From: an uncultured delta proteobacterium
Lineage (GTDB): Bacteria; Myxococcota_A; Polyangia; Polyangiales; Polyangiaceae
Length of the DNA stretch: 64,000 bases
Direction of reading: 5' to 3'
NCBI GenBank assembly: GCA_963850305.1
Contig: CAWKKR010000005.1
Coordinates: forward strand, 160,001 to 224,000
In this document: positions 51,876 to 61,043 of the stretch, in pieces
Layout of the letters: the number at the start of each line of letters is the position of its first letter
Position numbering within the stretch: position 1 is the first letter of the stretch
Notes under the pieces: model-generated
Told to the model about the DNA's origin: nothing
The model's input: the letters and a program-made list of their open reading frames with translations, nothing else
The model's database searches: none
Position numbers and translations under genes: made by a program

Positions 51876-52644
51876 GCGCCGCCCCGAGGTCCCCGCGCAC
51901 GATCGCCTCGAGCTCCGGCGTTCGAGCGCCGGGGGCCGTCCATTCCACGGAGGGCGCGTCCACGACGAGGCCGCCGGGTTTCCCGCGCCGCAGCTCGACG
52001 AGCGCGAGGCGGGCCTTCGACGCCGCGAACGCGTGCACCATGCGCAACCTCTTGGCGACGAGACGCGCCGCGGTCGCCGCGGCGAAGAACTCCGGGAGCG
52101 TCGGCGCGGGATAGACGAAGAAGGCTCGCGAGCGCGCGCCGAGCGCGTCCGCCGCGGCGAGCAGGAACGGCGCGAGCGGCCCGACGCGAGCGGCGCGTCG
52201 GGCCGGCGCGGTGCGGCTCTCGTCGCCGGTGAAGAAGGGGGGATTCGAGAGCACGACGTCGGCGGTGCCGCGGAGGGCCGCGGGCAGCCCCTGTCGAACG
52301 AGCTCCGCGACGACCGCGTGCCCCAACAAGCCAGCCGAGGCGAGGTTGCGCTCCGAGAGCTCGGCGAGGGACGGGTCTTGCTCGACGAGCACCGAGCGGC
52401 GCGCCGCTCCGAAGTGCGCGAACGCGAGCGACAGCGCCCCGACGCCCGCGCCGAGGTCCACGACGGTCCGCGCTTCGGGACGACATTCGGCGGCGAAGGC
52501 GGCGAGGAGCAACGTATCCACGTTGACCCGGTACCCTTTGCCGGCCCGCGGCTGCAGGAGCGACACGGCGCCGTCGAAGAGCGCGTCGGCGGCCCAGCGT
52601 GGTTCTGGTCCGTCGGAATCGTCGGCGCGACGCGACCGTGTCAT
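51826..52644 (-). CDS. Class I SAM methyltransferase, tRNA1(Val) A37-N6 (TrmN6/YfiC)-like
   Basis: QPRAGKGYRVNVDTLLL, VDLGAGVG, SNPPFF. Confidence 0.82.
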   Translation of the reverse strand: MTRSRRADDSDGPEPRWAADALFDGAVSLLQPRAGKGYRVNVDTLLLAAFAAECRPEARTVVDLGAGVGALSLAFAHFGAARRSVLVEQDPSLAELSERNLASAGLLGHAVVAELVRQGLPAALRGTADVVLSNPPFFTGDESRTAPARRAARVGPLAPFLLAAADALGARSRAFFVYPAPTLPEFFAAATAARLVAKRLRMVHAFAASKARLALVELRRGKPGGLVVDAPSVEWTAPGARTPELEAIVRGDLGAALTARRGAGRAGLPRQP

Positions 52645-52701
52645 TGTAGGATGCTCTCGCGTCGCGCGGCGGGAGGCGTCGCGCACCAGGGAACACCGAC
52701 G

Positions 52702-53985
52702 ATGTCACGCTTCACGAGCTGGTTGAAGGGCTCCGCAACGGCGCTCGTCGCGGCGAGCCTCGCCGCGTCCGCGTTCGGGGACTCGGTCGCGGAGCTCCGG
52801 GCGCGCGCGAAGACCGTGCCGAATCCTGCGGAGGCCCTCGTGCTCGCGCGGCAGCTCCGGCGCGCGGGCCTGTTGCCCGAGGCGAAGGTGACGCTCGAGC
52901 GGTCCTTCGCGAAGGCGCGCGGCAACGACGCCGTCGCGGATATCCGGCTCGAACTCGCGCGCACGTACATCGACCAGAATCTCGCGAAGCGGGCGCTCGC
53001 GGAGTGCGACCAGATCCACAAGTACTCCCGGTTCAAGGAGCAGCTCTGCCAGGCGGAGGCGCAGCTGCTCGGCCGGCGCGGGAGCATGGCGCTCCCCGCG
53101 GCGGAGGAGGCATTGTCGCTCTCTCCCGGCGACTACGACGCGCTCGTCGCGAAGGGGCGAGCGCTTTCGCAGCTCAGCCGGCCCGCCGAAGCCGAAGCGA
53201 CCCTACGCGACGCGGCGAAGGCGAATCCGTCGCGCCCGGAAGCGTTCCTTCACCTCGCGGAAGTGCTCTTAGCGAACGGGGACAAGGCGGGTGGCGAGCA
53301 GGCGCTCCGCGACGCCCGCAAGGCCGACCCGGACGACCCGGACGTGCTCTTGCTGGTCGGCTCGAGGTTGCCCGCCGGTCCCGAAGCCCGCGACGTGCTC
53401 GAGCATGCGCTCACGGTGCGGCCCGATTTCGCGCCCGCGCAGGCACGCCTCGGCCAGGTGCTGCAGAAGCTCGGTTCGCTCGACCAGGCCGAGCAGGACC
53501 TGACCGCGGCGCTCAAGACCGACCCGCGGCAAGCCGACTGGCGCGCCGCGCTCGGCGAGGTGCATCTCGCGAAGGGAGAAGCCGATCTCGCGCTTCAGGA
53601 CGCCGAGGCAGCCCTCAAGATCGTGGCGAACCACGGCCCCGCGAAGTTCCTGCAGGCCAAGGCGCTCGCCGCGAAGGGCGACGTCGACCTCGCGATGGAG
53701 GCATTTCAGGACGCCTACAGCGCCTCCGCGCGCACGGACCCGACGGTGCTCATCGAAGCGACGCACGCGTGCATCAAGGGTAACCGATACACGACGGCCA
53801 AGGCGTTCGCCGATCGCGCGACCGAGGACTTTCCGAAGTCGAGCGCCGCGTGGGAAGCCGAGGGCGACGTCGGAGCGGCGCTGCACGACGCGCCGCTGGC
53901 GCGGGAAGCGTACGGCAAGGCGCTCGGCGGCGACGACTCGGCGAGCAAGGACGAGATTCGCCGCAAGCTGGCACAGTTCCGGTGA
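52702..53985 (+). CDS. Exported tetratricopeptide repeat protein
   Basis: Signal peptide and multiple TPR-like helical repeats. Confidence 0.85.
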   Translation: MSRFTSWLKGSATALVAASLAASAFGDSVAELRARAKTVPNPAEALVLARQLRRAGLLPEAKVTLERSFAKARGNDAVADIRLELARTYIDQNLAKRALAECDQIHKYSRFKEQLCQAEAQLLGRRGSMALPAAEEALSLSPGDYDALVAKGRALSQLSRPAEAEATLRDAAKANPSRPEAFLHLAEVLLANGDKAGGEQALRDARKADPDDPDVLLLVGSRLPAGPEARDVLEHALTVRPDFAPAQARLGQVLQKLGSLDQAEQDLTAALKTDPRQADWRAALGEVHLAKGEADLALQDAEAALKIVANHGPAKFLQAKALAAKGDVDLAMEAFQDAYSASARTDPTVLIEATHACIKGNRYTTAKAFADRATEDFPKSSAAWEAEGDVGAALHDAPLAREAYGKALGGDDSASKDEIRRKLAQFR

Positions 53986-54869
53986 ACGTCCGGAGCTCCG
54001 CGTGGCGCAGGCTCGCCTACGGCGGCGCGCGCTACGGCCCGAACTTCTGGGTCGCGTACAGCCCGGTCTTTTTCGGTGCGCTCTTCGCGTGCCTGCTCGC
54101 CGATGATCGCGCGCGGATCCGGGCGAGCCTTCGGCTCACACGGGGTGTTCGTGGTCGACTGCTCGAGCATGCCGACGTTCTCCGGACGTTCGTGACGTAC
54201 GCGCACTGTCTCGCGGAGTCGCTCGCCGCGGACCGCTCCGAAGCGCGCGATGCGCAACCGACGGTTCTAGGCGCCGAACACCTCCGGGCCGCGCTGGCGG
54301 ATGGCCGCGGCGCGGTCGTCGTGACGGCGCACACCGGCGCGTGGGACGCCGCGGCGCGCTGGCTCGCGCGAGATCACCGGGGGCGCGTACTGCTCGTCAT
54401 GGCCCGCGAGGCCGACCCCGCCGCGCGCGCGCTCCAGGACGAGGTGCGGAAGAGGGTTGGGGTCAGCGTCGCGCATGTCGGCGAACACCCGCTCGAGGCG
54501 CTCCCCGTTCTCCGACATCTTCGCGCGGGCGGGATCGTCGCCCTGCAACTCGATCGCGTCTCGAGTGGTGCCACCGCCATCGACACGAGCCTGCTGGGGG
54601 AGCGATTCGCCGTGCCGGCCGGTCCGTTCCACCTGGCGCGGCTCGGCGGAGCGCCGATAGTGCCGGTGTTCACCCGCCGGCTCGGGTACTTCCGCTACGA
54701 AGTCGAGATCCGTCCGCCCATCAGGATTGCAGCGGGGAACGGGCGCGAGCGCATGCTCGAGGCCGCCGCGCGGGCTACCGAAGAAATGGGCCGGTTTCTG
54801 CATCGAAACCCGACGCAATGGTTTCACTTCGTGAGCAGTCCGCGGGAGCGTTCATCGAACGGAACGTAA
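53982..54869 (+). CDS. Lysophospholipid / lipid A-type acyltransferase (LpxL/PatA-like)
   Basis: TAHTGAWD, ALQLDR, GPFHLA, PTQWFHF. Confidence 0.85.
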   Translation: MNVRSSAWRRLAYGGARYGPNFWVAYSPVFFGALFACLLADDRARIRASLRLTRGVRGRLLEHADVLRTFVTYAHCLAESLAADRSEARDAQPTVLGAEHLRAALADGRGAVVVTAHTGAWDAAARWLARDHRGRVLLVMAREADPAARALQDEVRKRVGVSVAHVGEHPLEALPVLRHLRAGGIVALQLDRVSSGATAIDTSLLGERFAVPAGPFHLARLGGAPIVPVFTRRLGYFRYEVEIRPPIRIAAGNGRERMLEAAARATEEMGRFLHRNPTQWFHFVSSPRERSSNGT

Positions 54870-54934
54870 AATCCGGGTGGCAATCGAGTGTCGTTGGAGC
54901 TATTGCGCGAGGGCACTTTTTCCGGAAAGCGTGC

Positions 54935-55708
54935 ATGGAATCGACTGAAGTCTCGGCGCGCGTTCACGTAGGCAGGGCTTCTCTCGAGGGCGGCATGGCG
55001 CGCTACGCCCGCGCGTTCGACCTGCTGGAGGTATCCGGGGAAGCCGGACGCCATCCGCGGCGCCCGGGCCTGCTCGAGTGGCGGCGCTCGGTCCAGGAGG
55101 ACTTCGTGTTCAGCGTGGTCGTCCCCTCGACACTGGCCAGCCTCGAAGCGGGCAAGGATGCGCCGGGGTTGCTATCTCACGCCCGCATGGTCGCGGACGC
55201 GCTCGGGGCAACGTGGTGGCTCCTCCGGACGCCGCCGATGGTCACGCCGAGCGCGCGCGCGACGCGCAAGCTCGAAGCGCTCGTCGCGGATCTTCGAGCG
55301 GAAGGCCGCGCCGTCGCGTGGGAACCGCGCGGAGTCTGGGGCGATGAGGGAGCGCGCGGCACCGCCGCGCACCTGGACGTGCATCTCGTCCGCGACCTGG
55401 CCCGTGAAGAACCCGTGGACGGCGTGGACGTCATCTACACGCGGCTCCGCGCGCTCGGAGAAGGCGCGCGCATCGGCGCCGCCGCGGCGGAGCGCGTCGC
55501 AGAGCGCATCGCCGGAGCGACGGACGCGTTCGTCGTCGTGGAAGGCGCGGGCGCCGGCCGCGTTCGGCAGGTGCTGCGCGAGATGCTCGGCGCGTCCACC
55601 GAGGCCACGGAGGGCGGCGACGCTGACGAGGACGCAGACGAAGACTCCGAGGACGACGAAGAGGCGTTCGATGACGAAGACTCCGACGACGAGGAGGACG
55701 AGTCGTGA
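54935..55708 (+). CDS. DUF72-like protein with acidic tail
   Basis: YARAFDLLEV, LEWRRSV..DFVFSV, RTPP, AWEPRG.W, YTRL. Confidence 0.7.
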   Translation: MESTEVSARVHVGRASLEGGMARYARAFDLLEVSGEAGRHPRRPGLLEWRRSVQEDFVFSVVVPSTLASLEAGKDAPGLLSHARMVADALGATWWLLRTPPMVTPSARATRKLEALVADLRAEGRAVAWEPRGVWGDEGARGTAAHLDVHLVRDLAREEPVDGVDVIYTRLRALGEGARIGAAAAERVAERIAGATDAFVVVEGAGAGRVRQVLREMLGASTEATEGGDADEDADEDSEDDEEAFDDEDSDDEEDES

Positions 55709-56670
55709 CCCGCAGCCTCGCCGTCGCGGACGATCCGGTGGCCACCGAGGCCGCGGAGGACGTGCTTCTGTCCGGCGGCTCCGCCCTCGGGGCCGTGGCT
55801 GCAGGCTTCTTCGCAGTGGCCGGTGCCCATTCCGGCGTCCTGCTCTCGCCCATGACGCTCCTGGCGGTGGGGGGCGGCCTGGGTGCTCGCGCATTCGACG
55901 GCCGATGCCGCCAGCCCGGCCTCGGCACGAGGCGGCCCCGCGGGTTCAAGGACTCGGAGGAGATCCCGGAAGCCGCGCGCGTCGCCGTGCCGGCGGCGGT
56001 CACCGCGCTTGCAGTCGCGCTCGCCTACGACGAGCAGACGAAAGTGAGCCGGGTCGTCCGCACCGGGATCCGTCGCGCGCGGGACTCGGGCGCCGAAGCA
56101 CGTGCGGAGATGCTCGAGCGGGTGCGCGCCGTCGGCGCCGGCGCGATCACCGAGAACCCCTTCCTGCGCTCACTCTTGCACGTGGCAGGGGAGGGCGGTG
56201 GAGGCCTTCTCACGGCCACGGACCTGAGATCGATCCGGGACATCGACACGGCCGCCGTCGTTCGTGAGGAAAATGGGGCAAGATGGGTGATCGCGCCCTG
56301 GGCCGACGCCCCGGGTGCCGACGTGGTTTCAGAGGAGATGGGGACCGGGCACGCGATCGGCGCTGTGGACGTGCGCGGGCTGTTCGCCGTGCTCTCGTAC
56401 CGCCGCGTGAGAAACGGCGTTGCCGTCGACGAGATCGAGGTCGAAGCGCCGCCCGTCGCGCAGCCGGTGCTGCGCGGGGTCACGCGAGTCGCCCCCGGGA
56501 GCCCCCTGCCGGCGCCCGCGCCCATCGGCATACGCGTGGACGAAGCCGGGCTCCCACTCGAGCTCGCCGCGGCCCCGTCCGCCCTCCGTCCGAGCGCCGA
56601 GACCCTTGCGACGGCGAAGCTTCGGCTGCGCTGGGACGCACAGACGAGGCGCCCGGAGCTCGTGCGCTGA
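55705..56670 (+). CDS. Short gamma-glutamyltransferase-like protein
   Basis: DPVATEAAEDVLLSGGSALGAVAA N-terminus, FDGR, VAVP, GGLLTATDL, AVDVRG. Confidence 0.6.
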   Translation: MTRSLAVADDPVATEAAEDVLLSGGSALGAVAAGFFAVAGAHSGVLLSPMTLLAVGGGLGARAFDGRCRQPGLGTRRPRGFKDSEEIPEAARVAVPAAVTALAVALAYDEQTKVSRVVRTGIRRARDSGAEARAEMLERVRAVGAGAITENPFLRSLLHVAGEGGGGLLTATDLRSIRDIDTAAVVREENGARWVIAPWADAPGADVVSEEMGTGHAIGAVDVRGLFAVLSYRRVRNGVAVDEIEVEAPPVAQPVLRGVTRVAPGSPLPAPAPIGIRVDEAGLPLELAAAPSALRPSAETLATAKLRLRWDAQTRRPELVR

Positions 56671-56733
56671 CCGCGACGGCCCTCGCCGCCGCAGAGCTCC
56701 TGCGAGCAGGCGCCGATCCAGCAACGAGTGCAG

Positions 56734-56964
56734 CTACGAGCGCAGCGCGACGCCGTGCTTCTTCGCGTAAGCGATGAGCCCGAGCTTCGTGATGCTCCGC
56801 AGATCGCGCGTGGAGACCTTCAACGTCACGAAACGCTCGAGCTCCGGAACCCAGAGGCGGCGGCGCTGGATGTTCACCTGCTGCCAGCGGTTCGTCTTGA
56901 TGTTCGAGTGCGATACGTTGTGGGCGTGGAGCTTTCGCTTCCCGGTGATCTCGCTTCTGGCCAT
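56734..56964 (-). CDS. rpmB: 50S ribosomal protein L28
   Basis: MARSEITGK..HNVSHSNIKTNRWQQVNIQ. Confidence 0.93.
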   Translation of the reverse strand: MARSEITGKRKLHAHNVSHSNIKTNRWQQVNIQRRRLWVPELERFVTLKVSTRDLRSITKLGLIAYAKKHGVALRS

Positions 56965-57044
56965 GACGGGGCGCGGAACCTACCGTAGGATGGTCTTCCC
57001 TTCAAGGGAGGCGTGCAGGTTCGTCCCCCCCGGGCTTCCCGAGC

Positions 57045-57860
57045 TCACGCCAAGGGGATCTTCCCGAGACGCAGCACCAGGGCCTCGCAGTAGCGTTTCA
57101 CCACATCGAACTCATTGTGCTTTTTGATGAGGGTCCGCTCGTCCATGTAAAGGCGGCGGGCGAGCTCGACCTGGATGGCGTGGGCCTTGGTCTTGGGCCG
57201 GCCGTAGTGGCTCGTCGAGAACCCGCCGCGATAGGGGTCGTCGTGAGTGACGGTCCACCCGAACTCCCGCGCGAGCACGTCGGGCGCGTCGATGACGGCG
57301 GGAGCCGCCGTGGTCCGGCCGCGGCTCCCGGGCACGACGTCGGCACGTTCCTGCCCGGCGTCCGTGTGACCGAGCCGCCCCAGGCTCGGCATCGAGTGGG
57401 CGCACAGCACGATGACGAACCCGAAGCGACGGCGCTTCTGCTCGACCAGCGTAGCGAGGGTGCGGTGGTAGGGCCGGTAGACGGACTCCAGGCGGCGCTC
57501 GAGCTCCGAGTGCGACAGCGGGGCGTGAAGCGCCGGCTGGTTCTCGGTCGTCGCGCGCCAGATCAAGCCATGCGGTGCGGAGCGCGCCGGCGCACCCTGC
57601 ACGGCGAGCCCGTCGAGGTCCGACTCATCCCGGTTGAGATCGCACACGTACCGGCTCGCGTGCGCCACGAGGACCGTCGCGCCCAGGGTGGGTGCGCGCT
57701 CGTAGAGATCGTCCACGTAGAGGTCCGCATCTTGACCGATCGCGCGCGCGGGCGCGGCCAGGGTCGCCAGGGAGACCGGGTCGACGAAGACGCCCGCGTG
57801 CGGGATCTCGACGATGACGGCCGTCTCGCTGGCCTCGGGTTCACGAACCGAGAAGTGCAC
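57045..57860 (-). CDS. N-formylglutamate amidohydrolase family protein
   Basis: EIPHAG, DLYVDDLY, SRYVCDLNR, YRPYH, HSMPS, PYRGG, HAIQVE. Confidence 0.9.
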   Translation of the reverse strand: MHFSVREPEASETAVIVEIPHAGVFVDPVSLATLAAPARAIGQDADLYVDDLYERAPTLGATVLVAHASRYVCDLNRDESDLDGLAVQGAPARSAPHGLIWRATTENQPALHAPLSHSELERRLESVYRPYHRTLATLVEQKRRRFGFVIVLCAHSMPSLGRLGHTDAGQERADVVPGSRGRTTAAPAVIDAPDVLAREFGWTVTHDDPYRGGFSTSHYGRPKTKAHAIQVELARRLYMDERTLIKKHNEFDVVKRYCEALVLRLGKIPLA

Positions 57861-57970
57861 GGGGTAACCTGTACCTCAGCCTCCGGCGCTCGGCGACCGA
57901 TCTTCGCCCGATTTCGACGAGGTGCGCGCGGCTCGGCGGCGCAGTTCTCGACGCGACGTCGCGGTGTCGC

Positions 57971-58870
57971 TCAGGCGCGCGGGTGCGATCGGGCGTGCGC
58001 ACGGCGCACGTGTTCTCGTGTCACGTGCGTATAGATCTCGGTCGTCGCGATGTCCGCGTGCCCGAGCATGGTCTGAACGCTTCGTAGATCGGCGCCCCCG
58101 GCGAGAAGGTGCGTCGCGAACGAATGGCGGAGTCGATGCGGATGCATCGCTTCCGGCATGCCGAGCGCCAGCGCATACCGGCGCACGATCTTCCAGAACG
58201 CTTGCCGGCTGAGCGCGGGTCCGCGCGGGCTCGGGAACAGAAGATCCGTCCGTGTGCCCGGGCGCTTTCCCGGTAACGCGTCGAGGGCCGTTCGGTACGC
58301 TTTCACGTCGTCGAGGGCCACTTCACCGAGTGGTACCAGCCGGCGCTTCTGTCCCTTGCCGAATGCGGCCACGACGCCGCGCTGCGAATCGACGTCGCCG
58401 ACGCGCAGCGAAACGAGCTCGCTCACGCGTAGACCCGCGGAATAAGCGAGGCTCAGCATCGCGCGATCCCGGAGCCCGCGTAAAGACGTCCGGTCGGGGG
58501 CGTCCAGCAACCGCTGAAGGTCGGGGCGCGCAACCGGGCGCGGGAGTCTTCTTCCAACTCTCGGGCGTGCCGAAAGAGCGGTCGGATCCGCGGACAGCTC
58601 CCCCTCGCGCACGAGAAACTTCACGAACCCGCGCAGGGCCGACAGACGTCGCGCGAGGGAGCGCGCGCCGAGTCCCTGCTTCGATAAGCCCGCCAGGTAA
58701 GCGCTGACCACGCCGAGATCCACGCGCGCCGGCGACTCCAGTCCCCGCCCGTCGCAAAACTTCAGAAAGCCCCCGAGGTCCGAGCCGTAGGCGGACAGGG
58801 TGTTCGCGGATAGCCCGCGCTCGACGCGTAGATGCGCAAGGTACGAGTCGACGAGCGTGTCGAGCCGCAT
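57971..58870 (-). CDS. xerD: Site-specific tyrosine recombinase XerD
   Basis: ERGLSANTLSAY, RDRAML, GLRVSEL, GKGQKRRLVP, HRLRHSFATH, LGHADIATTEIY. Confidence 0.92.
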   Translation of the reverse strand: MRLDTLVDSYLAHLRVERGLSANTLSAYGSDLGGFLKFCDGRGLESPARVDLGVVSAYLAGLSKQGLGARSLARRLSALRGFVKFLVREGELSADPTALSARPRVGRRLPRPVARPDLQRLLDAPDRTSLRGLRDRAMLSLAYSAGLRVSELVSLRVGDVDSQRGVVAAFGKGQKRRLVPLGEVALDDVKAYRTALDALPGKRPGTRTDLLFPSPRGPALSRQAFWKIVRRYALALGMPEAMHPHRLRHSFATHLLAGGADLRSVQTMLGHADIATTEIYTHVTREHVRRAHARSHPRA

Positions 58871-58879
58871 GTCCGGAGA

Positions 58880-59929
58880 TTACCCGCTGGGCGCGGTCTG
58901 GGCCGACTTCTTTCGCTGCACGATCGTGCGCCAGCGGTCCAGAGTCCGGCGTGCGGCCCCGGACGACAGGAGCTCCTTCACGCGATCCGTCGCGCTCCGG
59001 GGCGCCATGTCGTCCGCAACGACGAGAGCGGCCGCGGCGTTCAGCACGAAGCCGTTCAACGACGGATGCGGCTCGCCGGAGAGCACGAGTGAAAGCGTCG
59101 CGGCGTTCTCCGCGGCCGCGCCCCCACGGATGGCGGCGAGCGGAATCCGCTCGAGCCCGAAGTCCTCGGGCGCGACCTCGAGCTCGGCGATGCCGGTGGA
59201 CGTCACGACGGACACTTTCGTCGCGGCACAGGGGCTCACCTCGTCGAGCCCGTCCACGCCGCGGACGACCCACGCCCGCGACGACCCGAGCGCGGCGAGC
59301 GTCGCGGCGAGAATCGGGCGCATCCGCTCCTCGGGCGCGCCGACGAGCTGATGGGACGCGCCGGCGGGGTTCGCGAGCGGTCCGAGGCAGTTGAAGATGG
59401 TTCGTATGCCGAGCTCCCGCCGTGCCTGGGCCGCGTGTCGCATTGCGGGGTGGTGCGTCGGGGCGAGCAGAAACACGATGCCCGCCTCGCGCAGGATGTC
59501 CGCGGCGTCGCTCGCCGGGAGATCGATGGGCACGCCCATGGCTTCGAGGACGTCCGCGCTGCCGGTGCTGCTCGAGACCGCGCGATTGCCGTGCTTCGCG
59601 ACGGGGATCCCCGCCGACGCGACGATGATCGCCGCGCCGGTGGAGAGATTCAGCGTGCCGAGACCGTCGCCGCCCGTGCCGCAGGTATCGAGGACCATGG
59701 GCAGACCGTGGTCGACCTTCACCATGGCACTTCGCAGAGCCTCGGCGGCGGCGCCGATGATCGCGGGCGTCTCTCCGACTGCGCGGAGCGTCGAGACGAA
59801 GCCGGCGATCTGCGTGGGCGTCCACGCGCCCGCGAAGATGGCGTCGAAGACGCCTCGAATGGTGGCAACGGAGAGCCGCCCCTCGAGCAGCTCCGCGTAC
59901 ACGTCGACGAACTTGGCAGAGCCGGTCAT
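58880..59929 (-). CDS. trpD: Anthranilate phosphoribosyltransferase
   Basis: DTCGTGGDG, NLSTG, AKHGNRAVSS, GSADVLE, RTIFNCLGPLANP. Confidence 0.96.
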   Translation of the reverse strand: MTGSAKFVDVYAELLEGRLSVATIRGVFDAIFAGAWTPTQIAGFVSTLRAVGETPAIIGAAAEALRSAMVKVDHGLPMVLDTCGTGGDGLGTLNLSTGAAIIVASAGIPVAKHGNRAVSSSTGSADVLEAMGVPIDLPASDAADILREAGIVFLLAPTHHPAMRHAAQARRELGIRTIFNCLGPLANPAGASHQLVGAPEERMRPILAATLAALGSSRAWVVRGVDGLDEVSPCAATKVSVVTSTGIAELEVAPEDFGLERIPLAAIRGGAAAENAATLSLVLSGEPHPSLNGFVLNAAAALVVADDMAPRSATDRVKELLSSGAARRTLDRWRTIVQRKKSAQTAPSG

Positions 59930-60501
59930 AGCGATGAAAGCCAGTTTCCCAGAAGCGCGTGACCGTGTTCCGAGAGCACGGATTCCGGATGAAATTGGAT
60001 GCCCTCGATGGGGAGCTCGCGGTGGCGGAGGCCCATCAGCTCGCCCTCGGCGGTACGCGCCGTCTGCGCGAGACATGCGGGCAGCGTCGTCGGGTCCACG
60101 ACGAGGGAATGGTACCGCGCGGCCGAGAAAGGGGAGGGCAGATCGCCGAATATACCGTCACCCACGTGCTCCACGGGCGTCGCTTCGCCATGGACCGGGC
60201 GCAGCGCGCGACGAACGGTGCCGCCGAAGTGCGCGGCTATCGCCTGGTGGCCGAGGCACACGCCGAGCAGGGGGATCTCTCCCGCCAGCGCGGCGATGGC
60301 CGAAAGGGTGATCCCGGCGTCGTCCGGCGTGCCCGGTCCGGGGGAGAGCACGACGCCGTGCGGCGTCCGCGCACGAATCTCTTCAATGGTGGTCCGATCG
60401 TTCAGCTCGACGCTGCACGAAGCGCCGAGTTCCTCGAGGTACTGGACGAGATTATAGGTGAACGAGTCGTAATTATCGATCACGAGCACCCGCCGCCGCA
60501 C
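59926..60501 (-). CDS. trpG: Anthranilate/aminodeoxychorismate synthase component II (glutamine amidotransferase)
   Basis: IDNYDSFTYNL, SPGPG, GVCLGHQ, RYHSL, QFHPES; 4-bp overlap with trpD. Confidence 0.93.
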   Translation of the reverse strand: MRRRVLVIDNYDSFTYNLVQYLEELGASCSVELNDRTTIEEIRARTPHGVVLSPGPGTPDDAGITLSAIAALAGEIPLLGVCLGHQAIAAHFGGTVRRALRPVHGEATPVEHVGDGIFGDLPSPFSAARYHSLVVDPTTLPACLAQTARTAEGELMGLRHRELPIEGIQFHPESVLSEHGHALLGNWLSSL

Positions 60502-60601
60502 TCGCGCGAAGGTGTCACCCCGCGCAGATGCGGTCAACACGGTCGCACTCGGTCGACCGAAAATTTCGGGTGGCGACCGTCGGCCCGATACGATTTGGCG
60601 C

Positions 60602-60913
60602 ATGTCAGAACGCCGCTGCGCGCGCCGAACATCCTTCGACGTCTTCTTCAACAAGTTCCTGGACGGACATCCGTATCTCTGCCGGGCCGTCGACATCTCC
60701 GGGACTGGACTTGCCTGCGACGTGTTCACCGAGCCCTCCACCCTTCACCAGTCCTTCCCGATCGAGCTCCGCCTTCCCGGTGAAGACCGAAGTCTCTGGG
60801 TCTGGGGCCGAAAGGTTCGGGCCAAAGGGAAGCGAGAGGCCATCCGCTTCCTGTCGCTCCATGCCGACGACCGCCTGGCGCTCGATAGATATCTCCAAGC
60901 GATCCCGGCCTAA
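60602..60913 (+). CDS. Stand-alone PilZ domain protein
   Basis: RxxxR (ERRCARR) and DxSxxG (DISGTG) motifs. Confidence 0.85.
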   Translation: MSERRCARRTSFDVFFNKFLDGHPYLCRAVDISGTGLACDVFTEPSTLHQSFPIELRLPGEDRSLWVWGRKVRAKGKREAIRFLSLHADDRLALDRYLQAIPA

Positions 60914-61043
60914 CCTTCGCGTTTGTCGCTTGCGCGAGGCGCGCGCACTTCAATCTTGCCGAAGCGAGGGCGGGCAGGTACGTTGACGCCCCGCCTCAGT
61001 TTTTGCGGGGAATCTGCGCCAATCGGTTCGGCGAGGAGATTCG

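Noticed and set aside
57971..58870. Tyrosine recombinase as a prophage or island integrase
   Set aside because: Sequence is typical housekeeping XerD; no att repeats or mobile cargo nearby
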